DNA from: a virus
Taxonomy: Duplodnaviria > Caudoviricetes
IMG/VR virus record: IMGVR_UViG_3300037234_000222
Span: 1 to 52,588 of that record
Length of the DNA stretch: 52,588 bases
Strand: one strand, 5' to 3'
The first letter of the stretch is position 1, and the number at the start of each line of letters is the position of its first letter. The notes under the pieces are model-generated. The model did not search any database. It was given only the letters and a program-made list of their open reading frames with translations, and was not told the origin of the DNA. Positions 34,530-44,452 of this stretch are shown piece by piece. A program made the position numbers and the translations under genes.

Positions 34530-34937
34530 TCATTTCTCATCTCCATTTGGTGGTTCTGGCAGTAATTGGTAATGAGTCGGGGTTCCCACTAATCTTATCG
34601 GCATGTCGTCCATGGAGTCCGCCCACCAATCCGCTTGCCTTTGTTGATAAATAGCGTCTGGCTCGTACCACCCGATACACGTATTTCCATTCGCCCAAAC
34701 AAGCCAGACCTCATTCTTCTCTTCAGGAAATTGAGGATCAAGCTTAATCCATCTACTGACTCTGGTGTTCCATGTTTTGGCCGCCCCCAATTCAGTTTCG
34801 TTTGCTCCAGAGATATAAATATTGCCGCCAATTATACACTCTTCATTTTTGCATTGAGCTTCAAAATATCCGCTTACCTCTTGCATTTCAGCATAACCCC
34901 CACAAAAAGGACAAGGCTTTAGTTCTTCCTGACTCAT
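34530..34937 (-). CDS. Lar domain fused to DUF551-like domain
   Basis: LKPCPFCGG...WNTR then WI.....PE...PTHYQLLPEPP. Confidence 0.8.
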   Translation of the reverse strand: MSQEELKPCPFCGGYAEMQEVSGYFEAQCKNEECIIGGNIYISGANETELGAAKTWNTRVSRWIKLDPQFPEEKNEVWLVWANGNTCIGWYEPDAIYQQRQADWWADSMDDMPIRLVGTPTHYQLLPEPPNGDEK

Positions 34938-35164
34938 TTCCTTGCCCTCTCTTCATCAGTTCTTGGAATTCCAAGGTTGTCGATAATTTTTCTAAGCTCT
35001 TCAGTGCAAAAATCAAGCTCTTTACATAAAGAACTCGTTATTTGGCTATCAAGTACACTTTTAATCGTTATGGCTCTTTGAAAACAACTAATTAAACTTC
35101 TTTCAATTGCTGGCAATCCGAAAGCTAAATTTTCAATCATTTCTTTTTGTTCTTTTGTGATCAT
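34934..35164 (-). CDS. hypothetical protein
   Basis: ORF track. Confidence 0.45.
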   Translation of the reverse strand: MITKEQKEMIENLAFGLPAIERSLISCFQRAITIKSVLDSQITSSLCKELDFCTEELRKIIDNLGIPRTDEERARK

Positions 35165-35373
35165 CTCAACCCCACAAATAATTATTTCTTAACTCATCAG
35201 GCAAAATAGCCGTCTTCCTTAAAATCTTACCGCATGAAGGGCAACGATCACGGCCACCTTCAAAGGCGAACCTTTCACGCTTTGCCCCGTTCTTTGGATT
35301 AGGTGAGAATGATCCTTCGATATACCCAACCCCCTCAAGCAAGGCGATCTCTCGCCCGCACTTGCAGTTTGTA

Positions 35374-35589
35374 TTAAGCGTTTTTAACATTGATCCACTC
35401 AGTCTTGGAAGATGCACCGTTGCAATACATGAAGAAGAAAGCACTTGTCTTTTTGTTTTGTCCGATTGTGTAATTTCCTTTCTTTGGACCTTGAAGTTCA
35501 ATTCCGAAGGCTGACTTTCCAATGATTGAATAAGTCTTTCCGTTTAGTTCTACTGTCTTCATTGCTTCGTTGATTGTCGCTGTGTTCAT
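35374..35589 (-). CDS. hypothetical protein, first gene after a repeated promoter
   Basis: AAGG RBS directly after the conserved leader. Confidence 0.55.
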   Translation of the reverse strand: MNTATINEAMKTVELNGKTYSIIGKSAFGIELQGPKKGNYTIGQNKKTSAFFFMYCNGASSKTEWINVKNA

Positions 35590-35603
35590 GTTTGCCTTGG
35601 TAG

Positions 35604-35680
35604 AAGTTAGTGTTTCGTTGTTGTTGATTAGATAATCGCAAAACTGTTTTATTTTGTCAACAAAGAAAAAGATTATTTTA
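35604..35680 (-). promoter_or_regulatory. repeated promoter/leader, copy 2 (TTGACA-17-GATTAT)
   Basis: Near-identical to 21015-21091. Confidence 0.75.
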
Positions 35681-35691
35681 AATAAAGTTTG

Positions 35692-36105
35692 TTACTTACT
35701 AAACTTCTTGATCATTTTGCTATCAGAAAAGAGATGAACGTAGCACCCAAACCCAAAGGCTAGCGATTCGTGGAAGTACCCAAGCTTGTACCCGGCAAGG
35801 GCAAGTAAGGGGGGCAATAGAATTGAATGAGTCCAGCCCCTATGCTTATCCGTCTTGGCAAGCATGAATAGAAGGCCTATGAGGGCGGCGGGATAAGGAT
35901 TGTCTGCCAGTAGGAGGAGAAGGGAACCAGCAACACCAAATCTCGCCGCCCATTTAGACGGTGTGGAATGAATATCTAAATCAGGGAAAAGACCACCCAA
36001 GAAAGCGTATGAACCAACAAGTACGCTCAATCCTTGAGTTGCAGCAAGTGAGGAAACTGCAAGCCCCGCTATGATTGATCCTCTTAGGTGGCCTTTAAAG
36101 TTCAA
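35692..36105 (-). CDS. inner-membrane metal-dependent hydrolase (YdjM/DUF457 family)
   Basis: M..KGH, GGLFPDLD..S, HRGWTHS, HLFSD. Confidence 0.85.
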   Translation of the reverse strand: MNFKGHLRGSIIAGLAVSSLAATQGLSVLVGSYAFLGGLFPDLDIHSTPSKWAARFGVAGSLLLLLADNPYPAALIGLLFMLAKTDKHRGWTHSILLPPLLALAGYKLGYFHESLAFGFGCYVHLFSDSKMIKKFSK

Positions 36106-36911
36106 AACAAGCCTAGCTCAATTCCTGCAAACAGTTCAGCATCGCCTAGGTTGTGATAGGTATTAATGTCTCTTGAGCCGTTAGGTGCATCATTGAATTT
36201 AAGGCCCCCATAGAGCTTATTGGACCCCACGTAATACCCAATACCAAATTCAGCTAAAAATTGATCGTCACCCACTGTATCGGCTTTAGGTGATCCATTT
36301 AGCCAGACTCTTGAAGAATCCATGATCACCATTCCCATTTGGGCATACATTTCGAATCCCGGTGCTACGTCAAAGTGAAAAGTCGCATGGCCCCACCAGC
36401 GCATAATATCCAGAGAGTCAGAACCTTGATCAGCTACAAATGGAGTGCCAGCAAGCTTGTACGCTTGATACTTCGCCCCAATTGAAAACGAAGGGTTGAA
36501 ATAGTAATGGTAGGTAAAAGCAGACGGTGCAAAGTGAGAGGTAAATTGTCTTCGATAGCCTAGCTCATGAGGCATGTAATAAATTCCCCAATTGATTTGA
36601 AGGGAATGGAGCTTGTCGTATCCAATCCGCTTTACATAGTTTTGCTTGCCATCTAATACACTTTCCCAAGCTTGAATTTCACTTGATAGGGTTCCCGGCC
36701 TTTTCGCTTCTGATTTTCTGGATTGCTTTAGGTTGTATCTGTATTTACACTCCTCAACTGATCCTTTAGTAAAAGGTAGATGATTAGCACCCATACAAGC
36801 GGCCCTCGCATTCTCAGTAAAAAACATGATCGCAAAGATCACAACGGCGGCAAATAGCAGGAACTTAACAATCCTTGCTGGCCATGTAAAAGGGTTTAAA
36901 AATCCTAACAT
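36102..36911 (-). CDS. outer-membrane beta-barrel protein
   Basis: Signal peptide; alternating aromatic beta strands; C-terminal FAGIELGLF (BAM-type terminal Phe). Confidence 0.65.
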   Translation of the reverse strand: MLGFLNPFTWPARIVKFLLFAAVVIFAIMFFTENARAACMGANHLPFTKGSVEECKYRYNLKQSRKSEAKRPGTLSSEIQAWESVLDGKQNYVKRIGYDKLHSLQINWGIYYMPHELGYRRQFTSHFAPSAFTYHYYFNPSFSIGAKYQAYKLAGTPFVADQGSDSLDIMRWWGHATFHFDVAPGFEMYAQMGMVIMDSSRVWLNGSPKADTVGDDQFLAEFGIGYYVGSNKLYGGLKFNDAPNGSRDINTYHNLGDAELFAGIELGLF

Positions 36912-38126
36912 TTATCCTCCGTATAGAGATAGTTTTGGTGTAGCCGTTCCATATACGGGCCAGCTTGCGTAATCTGAACTTGTATCAAAGCTTCCGTGGG
37001 GTACAGCTTCGTAAAGCGGTAAGTTGCATGATGCCACGTTTCGAGCAACAAAGAAGTAATCACCAGCCCCTAGGGTTACGCCAAAGGTAGCTTGATTTAT
37101 ACCCGGTGTAGCCCCGCCATAATCACGACTTGGCAAGGCCCCGTTGCTTGGGGTTCCTGTGGCTACGATTCCACCGCCTAACTTTGGGTCAACATTGTGA
37201 ATCTCTACAATATCTGAGTCGCAAGTATAGCTTGCGTAGTCGATCAAAGTAGCGGCCCCTAGTGTGAATGGAATCACGATATAAAGAGGAGTTCCCAAAT
37301 TCACCGAAGCGGATTGAGTCATACCCTGATTCAGTACCGTGGATTGAAGCCTTGAAGGGTCGATTGTTGTCATTAGCGGCGTGAAGTCGGTTACAGTACC
37401 GCCACCATGGGTTGCAAGGTAGGCATTGGTGTTTGTGATCACCTGTTGGATGTCTACCGCCTGTGCGCTTGTCTTTAGGGTGTTTTTGTTGGCTGTGGTC
37501 AGGGTTCCATCAGATAAGTCATTTCCTAGATCACCTAAGATAAGCTCAATAGCCTGTTCACTTCGGCCTTGCTGGATGATTGAGGAGATTGCAAGAAGCG
37601 GATCACTCCCAGAGATAGACCATTGGTTTGCACCTGTTGCAGATGGAACCCCAAGGATTTCTTGGGATAACTCAGAGCTTGCTTGATCAATCGCCTGTGC
37701 CATTGTAGACCCAGATTGAACTAAAACTTTAGCCCTTGGCATGATCGCAAAGGTGGCTACGTTTATATTGTTTGGCCCGGTCTCTGGTAGAAGATAAGAC
37801 CATAAATTGATTCGGCTTGAACTTACTGACCCGGTATTTTCGTTGAAGTAAAAACCGTAGGCGTTCACAACTCCGTAAGCCGTACCGGGGTCAAGTGAAA
37901 CAGTGCTAGAATAATTACCTAGGTTGTCGTCAATATAGGCCGTTGCCGTGTTTCCTGTTTGGACTGAAAAGTTTGAATCTGTACCGTAGAAGGTTACAGG
38001 GCTTCCAAATTGAAGAGTCCCTTTCTCTGCCGTGCCATCTACTGTAAAGCTGCTAGGCAATTGGTTACCACCGCCGCATCCAAACAATGCTAGTGCTAGC
38101 GCAATAATTATATAATTCCTCACCAT
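36912..38126 (-). CDS. surface lipoprotein
   Basis: LALFGC lipobox; G.AEKG..Q.GS.VT......QTG......DNLG.Y, G.YFNENTG..S, NINV.T pattern of bacterial surface lipoproteins. Confidence 0.75.
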   Translation of the reverse strand: MVRNYIIIALALALFGCGGGNQLPSSFTVDGTAEKGTLQFGSPVTFYGTDSNFSVQTGNTATAYIDDNLGNYSSTVSLDPGTAYGVVNAYGFYFNENTGSVSSSRINLWSYLLPETGPNNINVATFAIMPRAKVLVQSGSTMAQAIDQASSELSQEILGVPSATGANQWSISGSDPLLAISSIIQQGRSEQAIELILGDLGNDLSDGTLTTANKNTLKTSAQAVDIQQVITNTNAYLATHGGGTVTDFTPLMTTIDPSRLQSTVLNQGMTQSASVNLGTPLYIVIPFTLGAATLIDYASYTCDSDIVEIHNVDPKLGGGIVATGTPSNGALPSRDYGGATPGINQATFGVTLGAGDYFFVARNVASCNLPLYEAVPHGSFDTSSDYASWPVYGTATPKLSLYGG

Positions 38127-38578
38127 GTTAAAGCCTCCACTTGTGCCGCCGAAGTAGCAGCGTTTACTTGCTCCTCTAATCCCGCAAGTTTGGTTCTGAT
38201 CGAGTCAATATCTTGCCTCATTTTGTCTTGATCCGCAACTAAATAATTTCCACCAGCCGTCTTGTTGTATCCTAAGCCATGGATATTTAATTGCTTTGAG
38301 ATTGGGTAGGCCATCAAGATAGCGGTTTGGGCTTTTTGATCTAATCCAGCAAGATGCAATTCCTTTAATTTGTCGATTTGGAAGTCAAGGTTTGCTGCTA
38401 CAAGTTGGCCGTTCCATGCCCACTTAAACAGTCCACGCTTATCATAAAGATCAAGATTGTATTGGCGTTCTCCGTTTTCGTTAACGCAAATATCACCTTG
38501 AATCGGTTGTTCAAAGTCGGTTGAAAAGCGGTGAATAATCGTTCCGTTTTGATCTAATCTAATATAGTGTTTTGTCAT
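38120..38578 (-). CDS. tail fibre assembly/chaperone-like protein
   Basis: Directly after fibre; HYIR.D....IH.FS.DFE.P...DI; C-terminal A.S...V.ALTW. Confidence 0.65.
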   Translation of the reverse strand: MTKHYIRLDQNGTIIHRFSTDFEQPIQGDICVNENGERQYNLDLYDKRGLFKWAWNGQLVAANLDFQIDKLKELHLAGLDQKAQTAILMAYPISKQLNIHGLGYNKTAGGNYLVADQDKMRQDIDSIRTKLAGLEEQVNAATSAAQVEALTW

Positions 38579-40077
38579 AATTCCGCATCTGAAAAATAAT
38601 CAGTTAGCCAAGTTCCTAGACCTGCCCCTGTTGATATACCTGAAAATGAAAAGCTATTTTCTGTAACATTTGGGTCAGCCACAATTGCAGTTAAATTTGA
38701 ATTTCCTACCAGGCCCGAAATAACTGGAATTCCTCTCATTATACTTGGAAAAAATGATACCCCGCCCCTAGTTAAATTAGTCGTACTATTAAATAATGCT
38801 GGTGCTCTTATTCTTCCATTTGCATAGTCATAAGCATACCTGGATGATTTTTGTAATTCAATATCATAATTTTCAGCAAAAAACCCGGTCTGAACAGTCC
38901 CCGGCCTGATTTTAATCTGATCAATCTCAAGATAATCAGAGGTGTTTGCAGCAATATTAATCCCGCCGCCTGTCTCGGAAATCTTATCGCCAGTCACCCA
39001 AGTTTCAGCCGCCGCCTCAAACCCAGTTCCAGCCGCCAACACGAAGAAGCATCTTAGCCCGGCCCCGTTGATAAAATCCCATGTACCGCCAAGCTCATCA
39101 ATAGGGATTATGAAAGTTTTGGTTTCCTTTGTGGATGCTGAATTGATCGTGTAGGATGAAATATAACTACGGTCATTTCCTGAATTTTGGAAGGCTACGA
39201 AATATTGCCCTGTGATATTTGATTGAACTCTAATTGAAACGGCTGCATATCCATTCTGGTAGTATTTGATTACATTGTATCCCTCAATGATATGCTCCCA
39301 TGCTGCAAAGTCATTCACCCCAAGTGAAGCTTGAGCCGTTGCACAGGTGGCCCTAATAGCTTGCTCACCGAATGATCCTACAGACTGTTGCACTACATTG
39401 AAAGACATAGTTCCAGTCTGCCTATACTTCATCCTATCTAAAGTATAAGTTCCATCCGCAACACCAAGAAAGCTAGTTCCTCTTTGCGCTACATTATTAC
39501 TTGAGTTGATATAATCATTCTCAAAGTTTGGAACGGATTGGATTGCGCTCTTTCCATTCAACCAAAAGTCATTCTCACCTGTGTTTACGATTGCCTCAAA
39601 GTTATCTGATCGAATATCTAAAAGGCTATTTGATCCGCTAAGGATAATGGAATTATCAGGCGCATTCGTGAAGTTCAATCGACCACGACAGCCAGCCCCG
39701 CTTAAAGTGAAAGTAATGCTGGTTAAATCGATTTCTGTATTCGGGTCCATATCGAACCATAGATTCGAAGTGGAAAACGTTACAGCCCCACCGTCAAAGC
39801 TTACAATTGCGATTCTATCACCAGCTATAAATACTACAGGGCTTGCCGCTTCATCTTCAAAGCTTGCCCCGTTCCATTTTACGTTTGCATTGCCCAGAGT
39901 CAAATCAGCCGCAGAGCCAAGAATATAATCTACTCTTTGGGCCTCTTCTAATGCCTGATTGAAATATTCGACCGCAGGAGCTTCCTTTTCAAATCCAGTC
40001 GCTCTTTTAGCTTGAGGGATACTGGCTTTCCATGTAGGCTTTACTGCAAAAAATTTACCGTTCCTAACCCAACTCAT
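38575..40077 (-). CDS. tail fibre / receptor-binding protein
   Basis: After baseplate; GF..E.P..EYFN N-terminus; N.YIN....VAQRGTSF...YTLDR; EL....RY near C-terminus. Confidence 0.75.
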   Translation of the reverse strand: MSWVRNGKFFAVKPTWKASIPQAKRATGFEKEAPAVEYFNQALEEAQRVDYILGSAADLTLGNANVKWNGASFEDEAASPVVFIAGDRIAIVSFDGGAVTFSTSNLWFDMDPNTEIDLTSITFTLSGAGCRGRLNFTNAPDNSIILSGSNSLLDIRSDNFEAIVNTGENDFWLNGKSAIQSVPNFENDYINSSNNVAQRGTSFLGVADGTYTLDRMKYRQTGTMSFNVVQQSVGSFGEQAIRATCATAQASLGVNDFAAWEHIIEGYNVIKYYQNGYAAVSIRVQSNITGQYFVAFQNSGNDRSYISSYTINSASTKETKTFIIPIDELGGTWDFINGAGLRCFFVLAAGTGFEAAAETWVTGDKISETGGGINIAANTSDYLEIDQIKIRPGTVQTGFFAENYDIELQKSSRYAYDYANGRIRAPALFNSTTNLTRGGVSFFPSIMRGIPVISGLVGNSNLTAIVADPNVTENSFSFSGISTGAGLGTWLTDYFSDAEL

Positions 40078-40676
40078 TTGACTAAACCTCCTAAAATCCC
40101 GCCTGTCGGATCGCTTAAGCTACTAAAGCCTCTACTCGCAGGTGTTGTAAGTGTTGTTGTTGAAAATAAAAAATACGCTTCAGATTCAATAGCAATTGTA
40201 TCAATTTCTACCCCGGCCTGTTTAGCTTGGCGAATTGATTCGGCTATGAGAGGACCATTTGTAATTGTTGAAGGATCAACTACTTCCACGAAAATCAATG
40301 CCGTAGCAGGATAATATTCATCAACCTCAACACTTAACGCCTCTGGGATGTTTACCTTTACTACAGAAATTAAATCCTCAATCCCGCCGTGCTTTGTTTT
40401 TTGGAAGATAGCCGTCTTAAGAGCCGTTCTATAAACTTCATCCCCTTGACCCTGCCTTGGAACGTCTAAGAACTCCCCGATATGATCAAGCTGAATCCCT
40501 GCGCCATCATAGATTCCAGTAAGTAATAAGACTTGCTGAGTTGCATCCTCAAACAATTGAAGTTCAGCCGAATAAACAGCAATCGACTTCTCAAAGTTCG
40601 GCTTTCTCAGATTTGGAATGACTTTTTCTAACCCGTTCTCTAATTGATCAAGAGGGTCGATCATATTATCTGTCAT
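40074..40676 (-). CDS. baseplate wedge protein (DUF2612/gpI-like)
   Basis: AGIQLDHIGEFLDVPR...DEVYR. Confidence 0.8.
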   Translation of the reverse strand: MTDNMIDPLDQLENGLEKVIPNLRKPNFEKSIAVYSAELQLFEDATQQVLLLTGIYDGAGIQLDHIGEFLDVPRQGQGDEVYRTALKTAIFQKTKHGGIEDLISVVKVNIPEALSVEVDEYYPATALIFVEVVDPSTITNGPLIAESIRQAKQAGVEIDTIAIESEAYFLFSTTTLTTPASRGFSSLSDPTGGILGGLVK

Positions 40677-42064
40677 ATTACAGTAACCGTGATTCTTGAG
40701 GTGTCAAAAGTTGCAATCTCAGTTGCTGAAATAACAATTGGATCATCGCTATCGGGAGGGGTATAATCATCACAGAATAAAATCGTAACGTCCTTAACAC
40801 CTTCTACCGCACCGATTGCCGCCATTACATAAGGATGAACAGGTACATCATTGCCCGGCTCAAGGGTAAGGCCATAGGCAACAATTGCATCCTTGATATT
40901 ATCTGGTCCATTGATCACATCGAAGATTGGGCCTTCATCTGGATCAGTGTTCTTAACGATTGTAGTTTCAACATAGATAAGAACTTCGGATAATCTACTG
41001 AACCCGATTGCATGGGAAAAGCCATCAGAATCAACATATGTTCCATTGGTGTTTCCAAATGCTTGGATTCCACCGCCCTTATTTAAACCAACATCATCAA
41101 TAATATCCTGATCAGCACCACCAGTTACAAAGCACTCAATTGAATATGGGGGCCTACCGCTTACAGTTATCCCGGTTGCATTCTCAAACACAATTGCGCT
41201 TGAAACGCCTGATACATTTAAGAGGTTTGCTTTGATCCCGGCTAGTGTTCCACCTGCCAAGGATGATAAAGTATCAACTCTTCTTTCCCTAAATTCTGAA
41301 TCTGTTTCCTCTTCTTGCCCTAGAGTTGCATCAACCAAGTTCTCGATCTGATCAAGCCCGGAAACGGTTGTTTCAATGGTTGTGATACTTCCAGAAAGGG
41401 CTTGGATTGGGCCTGTCTCTTGAGAGAATACAGTTATTGGCGTTCCATACTTGGCGATAATGGTGCCAGTAGCGGGGCTTGTCCCTGACCCCGCAAAGAT
41501 ATAATCAAAGGTTGTGGCTGTGACGTTTGATATTAAATAGAGGCCGTTGTATTCGGTTTCAGTTGCGCCTTCAATGAAAAGAACATCGCCATCAATATAT
41601 GGGTGACCTGCAAGGGTAGCAGTTGCGGTTGTGCCTACTGAGGTTACGCTCGTTAGAGTGAGATCACCTTGAGCCGAAAGAACAAAGTCGTTTACTGTTT
41701 CGAAGAAGTCGCCCGCATCTGAGGAAGATGTAAAGCCAGTATTGATTGCTGTACTTGGCGTTCCAGCCCCATAAACAATTGCTTCTGAAGAGGTTGCTGG
41801 CTGTCTTGTTGCGCCTGTGATTGCGCTTACTTCGTCAAGCTGTTTGCCTTGGGCTGTGCTTGGGGTCTTTGCATAGTACGCCCCACCTGCACCTTCCCAA
41901 GCGTCGGATAGCTGCTTGGCGAAGATAGCCGCTTGCTGCATGCCAACATTAGATTCATCAAGAATAAATCCAGCCCCATATTGCTCAGTATACCCGGCCC
42001 TAATCCCGTCAAGAATTTCTTGAAGTGTTCGACCTACCCATCCTGTTGCGGTTACTCCACTCAT
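40673..42064 (-). CDS. baseplate J/gp47-like protein with inserted beta domain
   Basis: P.TAQG.QLD, G.EEETD.EFR.R, V.GV......EN.T, PP.SIE..V.GG. Confidence 0.9.
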   Translation of the reverse strand: MSGVTATGWVGRTLQEILDGIRAGYTEQYGAGFILDESNVGMQQAAIFAKQLSDAWEGAGGAYYAKTPSTAQGKQLDEVSAITGATRQPATSSEAIVYGAGTPSTAINTGFTSSSDAGDFFETVNDFVLSAQGDLTLTSVTSVGTTATATLAGHPYIDGDVLFIEGATETEYNGLYLISNVTATTFDYIFAGSGTSPATGTIIAKYGTPITVFSQETGPIQALSGSITTIETTVSGLDQIENLVDATLGQEEETDSEFRERRVDTLSSLAGGTLAGIKANLLNVSGVSSAIVFENATGITVSGRPPYSIECFVTGGADQDIIDDVGLNKGGGIQAFGNTNGTYVDSDGFSHAIGFSRLSEVLIYVETTIVKNTDPDEGPIFDVINGPDNIKDAIVAYGLTLEPGNDVPVHPYVMAAIGAVEGVKDVTILFCDDYTPPDSDDPIVISATEIATFDTSRITVTVI

Positions 42065-42414
42065 AGCTGAATACTTACGGGTTCAGTAAAAATTGTTTTA
42101 ACAGTTGCATTCAATGTCAATACCCTATCGGTTCCAAGGTTTAAATTATACTCAGTCAATTCAAGAACGCCCGGTGTTTCAAGGATGCCTTGCTTGAACT
42201 CTGCGTTCATTTCAGAATCAATATTAGGTTTTCCAAGAATTGCCGAATTATCGAGTCCAAAATCAAGATTCAAAAAATAAGTATCCTGTCTTGAATCTAA
42301 CCGTAAATACATTGTTGCTTTAATAGCTTCTGAATCTTCGGCCATGTTAACCCTTCCATTAGAAACATCTAAATCACCATCGCCAGTAAGCTTAAACGCC
42401 TTGAGTGTTGCCAT
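42061..42414 (-). CDS. baseplate wedge/sheath initiator (gp25-like)
   Basis: GDL........., L.......YFLNLDFG, ILETPGV. Confidence 0.75.
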   Translation of the reverse strand: MATLKAFKLTGDGDLDVSNGRVNMAEDSEAIKATMYLRLDSRQDTYFLNLDFGLDNSAILGKPNIDSEMNAEFKQGILETPGVLELTEYNLNLGTDRVLTLNATVKTIFTEPVSIQL

Positions 42415-42602
42415 TAGTCAATAAGCTCGTCTTTTCTATCTGCAATCTTTTCTTGCAAATTACCAACTGACTTTTTCACTTTGCAATATGCCTTTGAAAT
42501 TCCTTTCTTACCCCAGCAATATGGAAGCTCCATTTTTGCTGAGGAACAAGAAACAGAGATAAATGCGAAAGCGATCAATACAACTAATTTTTTTAATCCC
42601 AT
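42414..42602 (-). CDS. small lipoprotein
   Basis: MGLKKLVVLIAFAFISVSC lipobox. Confidence 0.5.
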   Translation of the reverse strand: MGLKKLVVLIAFAFISVSCSSAKMELPYCWGKKGISKAYCKVKKSVGNLQEKIADRKDELID

Positions 42603-43240
42603 GTCGAAACCTTCAGTTTTGCTAGAGCTGCTAAAAGCTCATTGAGTTTTGATATATTGGCACCGCCACCAGCCGTTGGGTCATGGGCCAAAACTATTGT
42701 GGTTAAAGCTACCATCATGTTTATGATGTCTGACACCCCACCGTTTTCAGTCAATTCCTCTTTAGGGTCGCCAAGGAATAAACCTGTGTTGGGGTTAACT
42801 ATAATACTTCTTGCATTCTCTGGCAAGGTGTCAATAAATTTCATCGAGAAAGGATACCCGCCCGGTAAGAAGCTAGCTTGTGATCCCTCCATAATATTTC
42901 TATTCTTCGGATATACTGGTGTTCCTTTTCCAGATAACCATTCTGAAATACTCCTATCTGAAACTATTACTTGTCCAATATCGCCAACCGAAATAGGTAA
43001 TAAATCAAGGCTTGATCCTGATCTTTGAAAAATTATTGGAACATCTTGAATCAAAGCCGGGGTTCTGATTTCCCTTGTCTCAACTATCTTAAACTTGTGG
43101 GCTGGCTGAACGTCTACTTTAGCAGATACCAAGTCAACTTTCTTCACAATAACAGGATAGCTAGTCCTCTTACTTTGCATCTGAGTATCGAAATGGAAAT
43201 CTAATACTTCAATATCTTCTGGAGCTTGTGGGTCACCCAT
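42593..43240 (-). CDS. central spike (Gp138-like)
   Basis: VDVQP, DVPIIF, P..VGD...V.VSDRSI..W. Confidence 0.85.
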   Translation of the reverse strand: MGDPQAPEDIEVLDFHFDTQMQSKRTSYPVIVKKVDLVSAKVDVQPAHKFKIVETREIRTPALIQDVPIIFQRSGSSLDLLPISVGDIGQVIVSDRSISEWLSGKGTPVYPKNRNIMEGSQASFLPGGYPFSMKFIDTLPENARSIIVNPNTGLFLGDPKEELTENGGVSDIINMMVALTTIVLAHDPTAGGGANISKLNELLAALAKLKVSTWD

Positions 43241-44163
43241 TACAAAGCACCTCCTTCATAGATTCCAACTATTTCAGTAGTCCATTCACCACCGGGGTAA
43301 TTATCCCCTAAGTGAGTTATTTTCTCTGCAATGTACCTTCCAACCTTTTTAACCTGATCCCCTCCGACTTGAGCGTTCAATAGGCTCTGAGTCACTTCGC
43401 TATCAACTTCAATAGGGGTTCCATTTCTTAATCCGGGGTTCAGTCTGATTCTCACAGTCGCCCCAATGTCAGTTATAGAAGGGCTTCCCATTAATCCGGT
43501 TTCCTTGCTTACCTCAACTGGAATATCTCCGTTTGATTCGCCCGGTCCTAAAATCTGAGGCCCATTCTCATCAAAGAATATCTTTACCTTGTCTTGAAAC
43601 CGATCAGAAAACGACTTCAATGCAACTACAGCCGACCCTGATAGTGTCTCGCTGTTATCAAGCTCTAATCCATTCAAGGCACTTTTTGCGGCTGCTTTCT
43701 GATCTTTACTTAACCCAACATTAGAGAATTGACCCAATATATATTCAAGAATATTTTCCTGTTTTGTATCTTTTGGAAATGTTCTATCAACAACACCGCC
43801 TGCCATATTCTGAATCAAGTGCATCCCTTGGATATATGTCACCCGGTCACCGCCGCTTGGTGAAGTGTATGCCCTGACAATATCGCCTGAAAAGATTTGC
43901 TTCGCACCGCCCCTGTAACCAGCGTGTAGCGTAACCTTCCCGCCATATTGAACTTGGTTAATATCGTATCTGAAAGCTAACGCCTGTTCATGTTCTTGAT
44001 TCAGGTTATAAATCCTAATCTCTGCCCTGTTCGGGTCAAGTCTAATATCTTTTTGAACCGTGAATGTAATTCTTTGATCAAATTCAGAATCACCACGATT
44101 CAAGGAAAATGGTTGCCCCTCCAATGGTTCAATATCTAAAGTTACTTCATACTGGTTCTTCAT
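43240..44163 (-). CDS. baseplate hub protein
   Basis: PN.AEI.IYNL, L.AGY.....IF.GD, TGLMGSP, H.GD. Confidence 0.8.
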   Translation of the reverse strand: MKNQYEVTLDIEPLEGQPFSLNRGDSEFDQRITFTVQKDIRLDPNRAEIRIYNLNQEHEQALAFRYDINQVQYGGKVTLHAGYRGGAKQIFSGDIVRAYTSPSGGDRVTYIQGMHLIQNMAGGVVDRTFPKDTKQENILEYILGQFSNVGLSKDQKAAAKSALNGLELDNSETLSGSAVVALKSFSDRFQDKVKIFFDENGPQILGPGESNGDIPVEVSKETGLMGSPSITDIGATVRIRLNPGLRNGTPIEVDSEVTQSLLNAQVGGDQVKKVGRYIAEKITHLGDNYPGGEWTTEIVGIYEGGAL

Positions 44164-44452
44164 AGGTCAAAATAATAGAGTCACCAAAAGTATCAAGAAC
44201 TGCATCCCTATTTTGTCCTTCAAGGTCTACCATTCGCATTTCGCCTTGAGGGATTGAGTAATGCTTAAATTGAGCGAAAATATCTACACCGCCAACTAAT
44301 AGAATCCCCTGTATAACATCCACTACATCCATTGCCCACGCATCAACCCTTCTATTATACTTGATCTTAAAGGTATAGTTAACCCCATCGATATTAGCTT
44401 GAAATGTATAATTCTGTTTTGCCCTTGTTACTGGAATCTTAAAAGTAGCCAT
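44147..44452 (-). CDS. baseplate plug-like protein
   Basis: F...IDG..Y......YN.R...W.MD...GI.LV.G. Confidence 0.7.
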   Translation of the reverse strand: MATFKIPVTRAKQNYTFQANIDGVNYTFKIKYNRRVDAWAMDVVDVIQGILLVGGVDIFAQFKHYSIPQGEMRMVDLEGQNRDAVLDTFGDSIILTYEEPV

